Origin: Nitrospirota bacterium
GTDB taxonomy: Bacteria; Nitrospirota; UBA9217
Reading direction: 5' to 3'
Assembly: GCA_963740085.1 (NCBI GenBank)
Contig: CAVUCU010000001.1
Location: 1,280,001-1,344,000 of the forward strand
Length of the DNA: 64,000 nucleotides
Part shown: positions 43,507 to 56,118 of the stretch, piece after piece
How the letters are laid out: each line of letters begins with the position of its first letter
Numbering within the stretch: position 1 is the stretch's first letter
Notes under the pieces: model-generated
The model's input: only the letters and a program-made list of their open reading frames with translations
The model's database searches: none
What the model was told of the DNA's origin: nothing
Translations under genes and position numbers: made by a program

Positions 43507-43968
43507 ATGATGCGCATTGGCATAGCTGCAGACCATGGCGGGTTTGAGCTGAAAGCGCAACTGGCCGCAACCCTCAGGGCCGCCGGTCATGAGGTGGTTG
43601 ACTTCGGCGCCCATGAGCTGGTTCCAGGGGATGACTACCCGGATTTCGTGGTGCCCCTGGCCAGGGCAGTGGCAAGTGGCGAGGTCGCCCGGGGCCTGGC
43701 CATCTGCGGCAGCGGAGTAGGAGCTTGTGTTGCGGCCAACAAGGTGCCCGGCGTGCGTGCGGCGTTGATCACCGATCCCTTCTCCGCCCATCAGGGGGTC
43801 GAGGACGACGACATGAACGTCATGTGCCTGGGCGGCCGGGTCACCGGATATGCCCTATCCTGGGATCTGGTCCAGACGTTCCTGAACGCCCATTTCAAGG
43901 GGGCCGAACGGTTCAGGCGCCGCCTCGCGAAAATAGCGGAGCTGGAACGAAAGGAGACCGGATCATGA
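43507..43968 (+). CDS. rpiB: Ribose-5-phosphate isomerase B
   Basis: [30 protein letters not shown]. Confidence 0.93.
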   Translation: MMRIGIAADHGGFELKAQLAATLRAAGHEVVDFGAHELVPGDDYPDFVVPLARAVASGEVARGLAICGSGVGACVAANKVPGVRAALITDPFSAHQGVEDDDMNVMCLGGRVTGYALSWDLVQTFLNAHFKGAERFRRRLAKIAELERKETGS

Positions 43969-44168
43969 AAGACAACCCTTTGAGGAAATTGGGAACGCTC
44001 GGCCAGTCGATCTGGCTCGACTACATCCGACGCGACCTGATCGCAAGCAACGAGCTCCGGCGTCTGTTCGAGGAGGACGGACTGCGGGGATTGCCTGGAC
44101 CCGTCCATCTTCGAGAAGGCGATCGCCGGCAGCCATGATTACGATGAGGATATTCGGGCCATGGCGCC
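43965..44168 (+). pseudogene. tal: Transaldolase N-terminal fragment, copy 1
   Basis: [26 protein letters not shown]...DGLRG, then frame broken; about 68 codons only. Confidence 0.85.
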
Positions 44169-44227
44169 AGTGAAGGGCCGAAAGAGTGAACCCAAAGAGC
44201 GCCATAAACATCGATGAAGGGTGAAGC

Positions 44228-44557
44228 ATGGATATTACAGCGGTCATAAGAATTGCGAAACATAAAATTAAAAGACATATTTACATATACCTGTTTAGCG
44301 GACGGATACAAAAACAACTTGAACTGCGGGAAGGTAAATGTTTGCAGTGTGGACGATGCTGTAAACTCGTATTCAGGTGCCCGATGCTTGTCGGGAAAGC
44401 TCCTCACACGAGATGTAGGATATATAACCACCGGTCCAAAGTCTGTATGCAATTTCCTATCAGCGAAGAAGACCTCATGGATGTAAATTTCCAGTGTGGA
44501 CACAGCTTCAGAACTGCCGATACTGTTATTGGCGATGCAGGTCAGGCAAAGATGTAA
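44228..44557 (+). CDS. YkgJ-like Cys-cluster (CxxCxxCC) protein
   Basis: CLQCGRCC...CPML...CRIYNHRSKVCMQFP; visibly more AT-rich than its neighbours. Confidence 0.7.
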   Translation: MDITAVIRIAKHKIKRHIYIYLFSGRIQKQLELREGKCLQCGRCCKLVFRCPMLVGKAPHTRCRIYNHRSKVCMQFPISEEDLMDVNFQCGHSFRTADTVIGDAGQAKM

Positions 44558-44626
44558 TTTAGTGAGATATAATTGAGTGTGCTATCAATACGAATTTTGA
44601 CATTATTAAAAAATGGCGACAAGATC

Positions 44627-44869
44627 ATGAAAAACAATCCTTTGAAACAATTGGGAACGCTCGGCCAGTCGATCTGGCTCGACTACATCCGACGCGATCT
44701 GATCGCAAGCGGCGAGCTCCGGCGTCTGATCGAGGAGGACGGACTGCGGGGAATGACCTCGAATCCATCCATCTTTGAGAAGACGATCGCGGGCAGCCAT
44801 GATTACGATGAGGATATTCGGGTCATGGCGCTTGAGGGGCAGCCGGGCCGCGCGCCGCGGCTAATATAA
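44627..44869 (+). pseudogene. tal: Transaldolase N-terminal fragment, copy 2
   Basis: GQSIWLD and GMTSNPSIF signature, then homology ends at about 44835. Confidence 0.85.
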
Positions 44870-44897
44870 TGCTTAAATTGAAAGGACATGAACATGG

Positions 44898-46108
44898 AAT
44901 CATTACACGTACGCGCTCGTCAGCGACGGCGATCTGATGGAAGGCGTTTCGTCCGAGGCTGCATCGCTCGCTGGTCATTTGAAGCTCGGCAAACTGATCT
45001 GCCTCTATGACGACAACCATATCACGCTTTCCGCTTCGACCCACATCACCTTCACGGAAGATCGTGCCAGGCGATTCGAAGCGTATGGCTGGCATGTGCG
45101 TACGGTTGAGAATGGAAACGATCTTGAAGCCATTGACCGCGCGCTGCGTGCGGCGCAGGCCGAGAAGGAACGTCCCTCGCTGATTCTCGTACGCACGCAT
45201 ATCGGCTATGGCTCGCCGCACAAGCAGGACACTTTTGAAGCGCACGGTTCGCCGCTCGGCAAGGAAGAAGTGAAATTGACGAAACAGGCGTTGGGCTGGC
45301 CGCTCGAGCCGCCGTTCTGGGTTCCGGACAAAGCGCTCGCGCATTTCCGTCTCGCACTTGAAAACGGCAAACAGGCCGAAGCGGAATGGGAGGGGAGATT
45401 CTCGGAGTACTCGAAAGCCTTCCCCGACCTCGCAAGGGAATTTCAGAGGGGAATGGCCGGCGAATTGCCTCAAGGCTGGGACACCGATATCCCGATCTTT
45501 CCGGCCGACCCGAAAGGCATGGCGACCCGCGCCCCTCGGGCAAAGTATTGAACGCGATCGGTCAGAAACTTCCCTCGCTGATCGGCGGCTCCGCGGATTT
45601 AGATCCTTCCACCCGGACTGGACTTACCGCGATGGGCGATTTCGAAAACCCGCGCGACGAGGCCGGCAACCTGCAGGGATCTATGGGCGGCGGCTGGAGC
45701 TATGCGGGGCGCAACCTGCACTTTGGCGTCCGCGAGCATGCGATGGGATCAATCGCGAACGGGTTGGCGGTGCATGGCGGCGTCATTCCGTTCACGGCGA
45801 CGTTCCTCATTTTCTCGGACTACATGCGGCCGCCGATTCGACTGGCTGCGCTGATGGAACAGGGGGTGATCTTCGTTTTCACCCACGACAGCATCGCTCT
45901 TGGTGAAGATGGCCCGACGCATCAGCCGATCGAGCAATTGGCCTCGCTGCGCGCGATCCCAAACTTGCTCGTCATCCGCCCCTGCGATGCGAACGAGACG
46001 GCCGTGGCGTGGCGCGTCGCTCTTCAGACCCGGGATAGACCGGTCGCGCTTGTCTTGACACGGCAGGAGGTGCCCGTATCGCAATTACAGCGGATCAGAC
46101 AGGGGTGA
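44898..46108 (+). pseudogene. tkt: Internal transketolase fragment (N-terminus and C-terminal domain absent; frameshift near 45535)
   Basis: Starts at [15 protein letters not shown]; has [36 protein letters not shown]; ends after LTRQ. Confidence 0.88.
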
Positions 46109-46214
46109 GCCTGATGGAAAGGACCTGAGCATGCCAGGAAGTATCCCGCAACTCACATGACCTGCGGCATGGCAAGAAGTCGAGTCAAATCAAACTTTGT
46201 AAAGGAGGAAGACG

Positions 46215-46415
46215 ATGAAAAGATTATTGATTGTTTTAACGATTTTGTTTGTTTTTAGTACCGCAGCATTTGCCCAGATGGGCGCGGGTCAAGGTCAGGG
46301 TGGCGGCATGATGGGTGGTGTGGGGGGATGGGGAATGGGCTATGGATGGGGTTTCGGGATGATTATCGTGATTATCGTTATTTTTGCTGTCTTGTTTTTG
46401 ATGAAACGAAAGTAA
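46215..46415 (+). CDS. Small Gly/Met-rich membrane protein
   Basis: AAGGAGG RBS, signal peptide ending AFA, GGGMMGG...WGMGYGWG, C-terminal TM plus KRK. Confidence 0.7.
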   Translation: MKRLLIVLTILFVFSTAAFAQMGAGQGQGGGMMGGVGGWGMGYGWGFGMIIVIIVIFAVLFLMKRK

Positions 46416-46458
46416 AAATATGACTGGGCAAACATATCGCGTTGGAAAGGACATCCGC

Positions 46459-49617
<3,159 letters not shown>

Positions 49618-49643
<26 letters not shown>

Positions 49644-50022
49644 GATTCTCCTGCCGTTCCGAATCTTCGCCGAGAAAACCGGCGTTTCGCGCATCGTTGC
49701 GGAGACCCGCGAGGGCTCGTTCGGACTCTTGCCGCACCGACTCGACTGCGTCGCGGCGCTCGCGCCCGGGATTCTGATCTACGAAAACGAAGCGGAGGGC
49801 GAGGTTTACGTGGCCGTCGATGAAGGGGTGCTGGTCAAGACCGGCCTGGACGTGCTCGTCTCCGTGCGCAACGCAATTGGCGGAACGGACCTCGGCCAAC
49901 TGCGTGAGGCGGTGGAGCGGGAGTTTCTGAACCTGAACGAACGGGAGCAGAGCGTCCGCTCGGTGATGGCGAAAATGGAGAGCGGTTTCATCCGCCGCTT
50001 AGCGGAGTTTCAGCATGAGTGA
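49618..50022 (+). CDS. atpC: N-type ATPase epsilon subunit
   Basis: GSFGLLPHRLD, LAPGIL, AVDEGVLVK; GGAGG RBS; operon position. Confidence 0.9.
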
Positions 50023-50354
50023 CAAATCCGGAAATCAAGAGCGCGAAAGACCGGACTGCGTTCAGCCGGGAGGTCGGCGCGAAGGCGGCGCGCAAGCTCA
50101 AGGCGCGGCGCAACTCCACGCAGGGCGTCTGGTTTGGCTTGGGCATGATGGGGCTTATCGGCTGGTCGGTGGTGGTTCCGACGCTGCTCGGCGCGGCGCT
50201 CGGTATCTGGCTGGACAATCGCCATCCGGGAAGCCATTCCTGGACGCTGATGCTGCTGGTCATCGGCCTGGTCATCGGCTGTTTGAATGCCTGGCATTGG
50301 GTGGCCAAGGAAGACAAGGAAATGCGAGAGGAACAGGAGGATAATGATGAATGA
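50019..50354 (+). CDS. atpQ: N-ATPase AtpQ (AtpZ/AtpI-like); the true start may be ATG 50015 with a frameshift
   Basis: GMMGLIGWSVVVPTLLG...GIWLD...GCLNAWHWV; third gene of the operon. Confidence 0.85.
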   Translation: MTNPEIKSAKDRTAFSREVGAKAARKLKARRNSTQGVWFGLGMMGLIGWSVVVPTLLGAALGIWLDNRHPGSHSWTLMLLVIGLVIGCLNAWHWVAKEDKEMREEQEDNDE

Positions 50355-50658
50355 AACTTTGAGTCTGGCGCTGGCTTTGGTGACGGGCGTTTTGCTCGGT
50401 GCGATATTCTTCGGCGGCCTCTGGTGGACGGTTCAGAAAGGGGTTTCGTCCAAACGGCCGGCGCTTTGGTTCTTCGGCAGCCTGTTGCTGCGAACGAGCA
50501 TTGCCCTGGCTGGTTTTTATTTTATCGCGCGCGGTCATTGGGAGAGGCTGCTGGTGTGCCTCCTTGGATTTGTCATGGCGCGCCTGATCGTGACGCGGCT
50601 CACCCGAGCGGCGGAAAAGCCAACTTACTCGGCACAGGAGGCCAGCCATGCACCTTAG
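50347..50658 (+). CDS. atpR: N-ATPase AtpR subunit
   Basis: FFGGLWWTV, SLLLR, GFVMAR with intramembrane Arg residues. Confidence 0.88.
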   Translation: MNETLSLALALVTGVLLGAIFFGGLWWTVQKGVSSKRPALWFFGSLLLRTSIALAGFYFIARGHWERLLVCLLGFVMARLIVTRLTRAAEKPTYSAQEASHAP

Positions 50659-51343
50659 TCCCGATGAGATGATCTTCTGGCAACACGGGTTTCTCAAACT
50701 CAACGCCACCATTGTGTTCACATGGGGACTGATGCTCGTGCTGGCCGTCGGTTCAAAACTCATCACGCGCAAACTTTCCACGGGTCTGAAACGTTCCCGC
50801 TGGCAGAACCTTCTGGAAATCGTCGTCACCGGCATCGAGAAACAAATTGAAGAGGTGGGCCTGAGTCAGCCGCAGAAATATCTCGGCTTTCTGGGCACGC
50901 TCTTCCTGTTTGTCGCCGCAGCCAGCCTCTGCACCGTCATTCCCGGCTACGAGCCGCCGACCGGCTCGCTCTCGACCACGGCTGCACTCGCGCTGTGCGT
51001 GTTTGTGGCCGTGCCGTTCTTCGGCATCGAGGAGCAAGGGGTGGGCAACTACCTCAAGTCCTATATGAAGCCGACGTTCATCATGCTGCCGTTTAACATC
51101 ATCAGCGAACTTTCGCGCACGCTGGCCCTGGCCGTCCGTCTGTTCGGCAACATGATGAGCGGGGCGATGATTATCGCCATCCTGCTCACGATTACGCCCT
51201 TCATCTTCCCGATCGTCATGACGGTGCTCGGCCTGCTCACCGGCATGGTGCAGGCCTACATCTTCAGCATCCTGGCCGCGGTTTACATCGCGGCTGCCAC
51301 GCGAGTCCGTAAGCCCAAGCCTGAACCCGAGGCAAAACATTGA
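50648..51343 (+). CDS. atpB: Fo subunit a
   Basis: SRTLALAVRLFGN with the essential Arg; VQAYIF. Confidence 0.95.
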   Translation: MHLSPDEMIFWQHGFLKLNATIVFTWGLMLVLAVGSKLITRKLSTGLKRSRWQNLLEIVVTGIEKQIEEVGLSQPQKYLGFLGTLFLFVAAASLCTVIPGYEPPTGSLSTTAALALCVFVAVPFFGIEEQGVGNYLKSYMKPTFIMLPFNIISELSRTLALAVRLFGNMMSGAMIIAILLTITPFIFPIVMTVLGLLTGMVQAYIFSILAAVYIAAATRVRKPKPEPEAKH

Positions 51344-51374
51344 AGCATGAACTACGACAACAAAAGGAGATACT

Positions 51375-51656
51375 ATGGATAGCATGACTATTATCGCGGT
51401 GGCATCAATTGTCATCGCCGGCATCACCACCGGTTTCGGCACTATGGGGCCTGCGCTGGCGGAAGGGAGGGCGGTCGCGACGGCGCTGAGTTCGCTGGCC
51501 CAGCAGCCCGATGCCTCCGCTACCATCACCCGGACCTTGTTCGTGGGCCTGGCGATGATCGAGTCCACGGCCATCTACTGCTTCGTGGTCTCGATGATTC
51601 TCATCTTCGCCAACCCGTTCTGGAACCACGTCATCGCCCAGGCCGCAGGAAAGTAA
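51375..51656 (+). CDS. atpE: Fo subunit c with Na+-type ligand set
   Basis: GPALAEG (E30), QQP loop, MIESTAIY (E63, S64, T65, Y68). Confidence 0.95.
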   Translation: MDSMTIIAVASIVIAGITTGFGTMGPALAEGRAVATALSSLAQQPDASATITRTLFVGLAMIESTAIYCFVVSMILIFANPFWNHVIAQAAGK

Positions 51657-51660
51657 ACCT

Positions 51661-52593
51661 ATGCTAATCGATTGGTTCACGGTCGGAGCACAGGCGCTCA
51701 ACTTTCTCATCCTGGTGTGGTTGATGAAGCGCTTCCTTTACAAGCCCATCCTCCACGCCATCGATGAGCGGGAGAAGCGGATCGCCACAGAACTCGCGAA
51801 CGCCGACAAGAAAAAGGCCGAAGCCCAAAAGGAGCGCGACGAGTTCCAGCACAAGAACGAGGAGTTCGACCAGCAGCGCGCCGCGCTTTTGAGCAAAGCG
51901 ACGGACGAGGCGAAGGCCGAACGTCAGCGGCTCCTCGACGAAGCGCGGAAGGCCGCCGACGCTTTGAGTGCCAAGCGGCAGGAAACGCTGAGAAACGAAG
52001 AACATAACCTGAATCAAGCCATCAGCCGCCGGACACAGCAGGAAGTATTTGCCATCGCACGAAAGGCGCTGACGGATCTCGCCACGACGAGTCTGGAAGA
52101 ACGCCTGGGCGAGGTGTTCACGCGCCGCTTGCGAGAGATGGACGGCCAGGCGAAAGCAGGCCTCGCCGAGGCCCTTAAGACAGCGTCTGACCCCGCGCTC
52201 GTGCGCAGCGCGTTTGACCTGCCTGCGGAGCAACGCGCGGCGATACAAAATGCGCTCAACGAAACCTTCTCGGCTGAAATCCACGTCCGGTTCGAGACCG
52301 CGCCAGACCTGATCAGCGGCATTGAACTCACCACGAATGGACAAAAGGTGGCGTGGAGCATCGCGGATTATCTGGCGTCGCTGGAAAAGGGCGTCGACGA
52401 ACTTCTGAAAGAGAAGGACAAACCTAAAGCCAAGACCAAGACATCGACCGATTTGAAGCCGCAGATCGCCGAGCGCGCCTATGAACTGTACAAGAAGCGA
52501 GGCCGCACGAGCGATTCGACAATTCAGGACTGGAGTCAGGCGGAACAGGAGATCCGGAAAGACGAAGCCAAAGGAGATGCTGAACCTGAATGA
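51661..52593 (+). CDS. atpF: Fo subunit b (b-delta-like fusion) with C-terminal DUF2934-like domain
   Basis: IDWFTVGAQALNFLIL...LYKPI, coiled coil, PDLISGIEL...WSIADYL, then IAERAYELYKKRG...DWSQAEQEI. Confidence 0.9.
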   Translation: MLIDWFTVGAQALNFLILVWLMKRFLYKPILHAIDEREKRIATELANADKKKAEAQKERDEFQHKNEEFDQQRAALLSKATDEAKAERQRLLDEARKAADALSAKRQETLRNEEHNLNQAISRRTQQEVFAIARKALTDLATTSLEERLGEVFTRRLREMDGQAKAGLAEALKTASDPALVRSAFDLPAEQRAAIQNALNETFSAEIHVRFETAPDLISGIELTTNGQKVAWSIADYLASLEKGVDELLKEKDKPKAKTKTSTDLKPQIAERAYELYKKRGRTSDSTIQDWSQAEQEIRKDEAKGDAEPE

Positions 52594-52629
52594 TCGAAGA
52601 CGGACCAAGCCGGAACCAAAACCTTTTGA

Positions 52630-52728
52630 ACCGCGAAGGCGCAAAGGTCGCGAAGGAAAGATTGTAGATCTTGTAGTAAGACAAATTACTTTTTTTGATG
52701 TCCTTCGCGTTCTTCGCGTCTTCGCGGT
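52630..52728. repeat. Intergenic 28-bp imperfect inverted repeat of CGCGAAG units inside the ATPase operon
   Basis: ACCGCGAAGGCGCAAAGGTCGCGAAGGA ... TCCTTCGCGTTCTTCGCGTCTTCGCGGT (24/28 Watson-Crick, 2 further G-U pairs); AT-rich 43-nt loop. Confidence 0.85.
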
Positions 52729-52783
52729 AAATCATTCTTGCCCTTTTGAGTAGAAGCTCATTCATAACGGAAACAAAGAGCCA

Positions 52784-54539
52784 ATGAACATGGAACCTGA
52801 GAGCCTCCAGAACGTTTTCGACAGCGCATTTGCCGGAATAAGCCAGGTGCGGGAAGCATTCACACCGCAACTGACGCCACGGGAGGTGGGCACGATCACC
52901 AGTGTCGCCACCGGCATCGCCAAAGTGTCGGGTCTTCCCGGCGTGGGCTTTGATGAATTGGTGACGTTTCCCGGCGATGTGCTCGGCATTGCGTTCAACG
53001 TGGACGCGGACGAAATTGGCGTCGTTCTGCTCGGCGAATACTGGCATCTCCACGCGGGCGATGAAGTCCAGCGCACGGGCCGGGTCATGGACGTGGCCGT
53101 GGGCGATGGATTGCTGGGGCGCGTCATCGACCCGCTCGGCCGGCCACTCGATGGCAACGGGCCGGTGGCCTCCAGCAAGCGCCTGCCCATCGAACGCCCC
53201 GCCCCGCCCATCATGGACCGCGCGCCCGTCACGGTGCCTCTCCAGACCGGCCTCAAAGTCATCGATGCGCTCATTCCCGTTGGGCGCGGCCAGCGCGAGT
53301 TGATTCTCGGCGACCGCCAGACGGGCAAGACCGCCATTGCGATCGACACCATCCTCAACCAGCGCGGCCAGAATGTCCTGTGCGTTTATTGTGCCATCGG
53401 TCAGCGCGCGTCCGCCGTCGCGAAGGCCGTGGCAACCTTGCGGGAAAAGGGCGCGATGGATTACACCGTCGTCGTCGTGACCGAGGGCAACGACCCGCCG
53501 GGTCTCGCTTACATCGCTCCTTACGCCGCGACCAGCATCGCGGAGTCTTTCATGGAAGCGGGCCGCGATGTGCTGATCGTTTACGACGACCTCACCCATC
53601 ACGCGCGCGCCTACCGCGAACTCTCTCTCTTGCTGCGCCGTCCGCCCGGTCGCGAAGCGTTTCCCGGCGACATCTTTTATATCCACTCGCGGCTGCTCGA
53701 ACGTGCGACGCACTTGCGCAAGGAACTCGGCGGCGGCTCCCTCACCGCGCTGCCCATCATCGAAACCGAAGCGCAGGACATTTCCGCCTATATTCCGACC
53801 AACTTGATTTCCATCACGGATGGGCAGATCTACCTCTCGCCGTCGCTGTTCGAATTGGGCGTGCTGCCCGCGGTCGATGTCGGAAAATCCGTTTCGCGCG
53901 TCGGCGGCAAGGCGCAGCGCGCGGCCTACCGCGCGGTGGCGGGCGACCTCAAGCTCGCCTACGCGCAGTTTGAGGAACTCGAAACCTTTTCCCGGTTCGG
54001 GGCCCGCCTGGATGAAGACACCCGCAAGATCATCGAGCACGGACGGCGAATTCGCGCCTGCCTCAAACAGCCGGAATTCGCCCCGGTGTCCGTGCCCGCG
54101 CAAATCGCCGTGCTGCTGGCGTTGACCGCAGAACTCTTCGACCGCGTGCCGCTTGACCAGATGACGGACGCCGAGCACGCCCTGCGCGAGGCGGCGGCGG
54201 ATATCCCGGCGGAGGTGCGCGAGCGATTGGATACCGCCGACAAATTGAGCGACGAGGATCGTGAAACGATTATCCAAATCGCCCGCAAAGCGCTCGCTCG
54301 CTTCCAACCAAAACTTGAGCAGAAACAAGAGACCAAAGAGGACACAAAATCCGAAGCTAAATCCAAGCTGAAGTCCAAAACCGAAGCTAAACCAGATAAG
54401 CCTGACTCCGAAACCGAAGAAGAGACACAACCGAAACCCAGCCGAGCCAAAGTCGAAGCCCGAGGCAAGGCTGGATGAGCCCAAGCCGGAAGTCCAGGAA
54501 GAGGTCAAGCCCAAGCCTGAACCCGGGGAGAAGTCATGA
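52784..54539 (+). CDS. atpA: N-type ATPase alpha subunit (tail frameshifted; track stop 54478)
   Basis: [29 protein letters not shown]; the K/P/E-rich tail continues to an ATGA overlap with atpG. Confidence 0.95.
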
Positions 54540-55429
54540 GCGATACCACGGCGAGTCTGCGCCGAAAGATCGCCGGAGCCGGGGATCTCCAATCCGTCGT
54601 CCGCACGATGAAGGCCGTGGCCGCTTCGAGCATCGGGCAATACGAGAACTCGGTGCTCGCGTTGGCCGACTACTATCGCACTGTGGAGTTGGGGTTGGGC
54701 GCGTGCTTCCGGGAAAGCGGGTCGGCGCCCTTGATTGCAGAACGGAAAGGACAAACAGTTGCGGGTGCGATCGGCGCGGTCGTGTTCGGTTCAGACCAGG
54801 GACTGGTGGGCCAATTTAATGATGTGGTGGCCGATTATGCGGTCAAGACGCTGGCGGCTCTGCCGGCCAAACCCGAGGTCTGGGCCGTCGGTGAGCGCGT
54901 TCATGCGCGCCTGGCGGATGCGGGGCTGCCGCTGATGGGACTCTTCACCGTGCCGAACTCCGTCAAGGCCATCACCCCGCTCGTCGGGCAGATTCTTGTG
55001 GAGAGCGAGACGCGACACAGCCAGGGAGAGGTCACCGAACTCCACCTCTTCTACAACCGCCCCACGTCCGGGGCGGTCTATGCGCCCGTCAGTCAGCGAC
55101 TGCTGCCGCTGGACGAAAACTGGCGACGCAAGCTGGCCGAGCTTCCCTGGCCGACAAAAAACTTGCCCGAGGTCATGGGTGGCGGCACCGCGACCTTGCG
55201 GGCGCTTATCCGCGAATATCTTTTCGTCTCGCTCTTCCGGGCGTGCGCCGAATCCCTCGCGAGCGAGAACGCGAGCCGCCTGGCGGCGATGCAACGCGCC
55301 GACAAAAATATCGACGAATTGCTGGAGGACCTCAACGGGAAATTCCATCGTTTGCGCCAGAGTGGCATCGACGAGGAACTGTTCGATGTCATCTCCGGCT
55401 TCGAAGCGCTGAGCGCGGAGGAAAAATAA
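54536..55429 (+). CDS. atpG: N-type ATPase gamma subunit
   Basis: VVRTMKAVAA, GSDQGLVGQFN, SENASRLAAMQRA, RQSGIDEEL. Confidence 0.95.
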   Translation: MSDTTASLRRKIAGAGDLQSVVRTMKAVAASSIGQYENSVLALADYYRTVELGLGACFRESGSAPLIAERKGQTVAGAIGAVVFGSDQGLVGQFNDVVADYAVKTLAALPAKPEVWAVGERVHARLADAGLPLMGLFTVPNSVKAITPLVGQILVESETRHSQGEVTELHLFYNRPTSGAVYAPVSQRLLPLDENWRRKLAELPWPTKNLPEVMGGGTATLRALIREYLFVSLFRACAESLASENASRLAAMQRADKNIDELLEDLNGKFHRLRQSGIDEELFDVISGFEALSAEEK

Positions 55430-55882
55430 ATGACTGATTTTAATGATTTTCAAAAGCCATTGGCTGAAGGAGCGGCGGCTCAGTTTAATTTTCTCGACCC
55501 CTTGGAAAAAGACGTGGAAATGAACAAGATTGAAGAAGAGGCAGCACGAGCTGATCACTTGAAGACTGATCCGGCCATCCAGGCCTACCAGGCCATACAG
55601 AAATATGTCGAGAAATTTGAGGCGCAACTGGACAACGAGCATGAGGTAGGGGTGGCACTTGCCTTTTTCGGCGGCAATGTATTTTTCCATGCCGAAAAAA
55701 TGGAATCTTCTGCGTCCAGCATAATTACGTTCTACGGAACTACCGAAGAGGGAGAAAAAATTCAGTTGATTCAACATGTGTCTCAACTGAATCTTCTGCT
55801 GAAACGAGCGAAGAAAATGGATGACAAAGCGCGACGTATTGTGTTCATAAGGGAAGAAACAGCACAGAGTCGAGAAGGGTGA
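55430..55882 (+). CDS. Hypothetical protein (DUF6173-like)
   Basis: FEAQLDNEHEVG...IITFYG...G...LIQHVSQLNLLL; family recalled from memory; more AT-rich than atpG. Confidence 0.6.
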   Translation: MTDFNDFQKPLAEGAAAQFNFLDPLEKDVEMNKIEEEAARADHLKTDPAIQAYQAIQKYVEKFEAQLDNEHEVGVALAFFGGNVFFHAEKMESSASSIITFYGTTEEGEKIQLIQHVSQLNLLLKRAKKMDDKARRIVFIREETAQSREG

Positions 55883-55889
55883 CAACCCG

Positions 55890-56066
55890 GCAATTGTCAA
55901 GAAGAGATTGAAACTTCCCGGCAGTCTCCCCACGATTCTACAGATTTTGGAGGTCAACCTTTTTGAGAAAATACCCATTTCTCGGCGGGTTAAGCAAGCA
56001 ATCACGAAAACGAACACCATTACGATAAACAATTGAGTCTATTGACGTAACAACCGGACGGGACTG
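55890..56066 (+). mobile_element. 3' remnant of an IS4-family transposase gene with a degenerate right end
   Basis: AIVKKRLKLPGSLPTILQILEVNLFEKIPI... then, shifted, ...DKQLSLLT* followed by AACCGGACGGGACTG. Confidence 0.65.
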
Positions 56067-56118
56067 AAGATGAATATCAATTTTACCAATTTCCACAAAC
56101 TTTTCTGGAGAAAAAACT

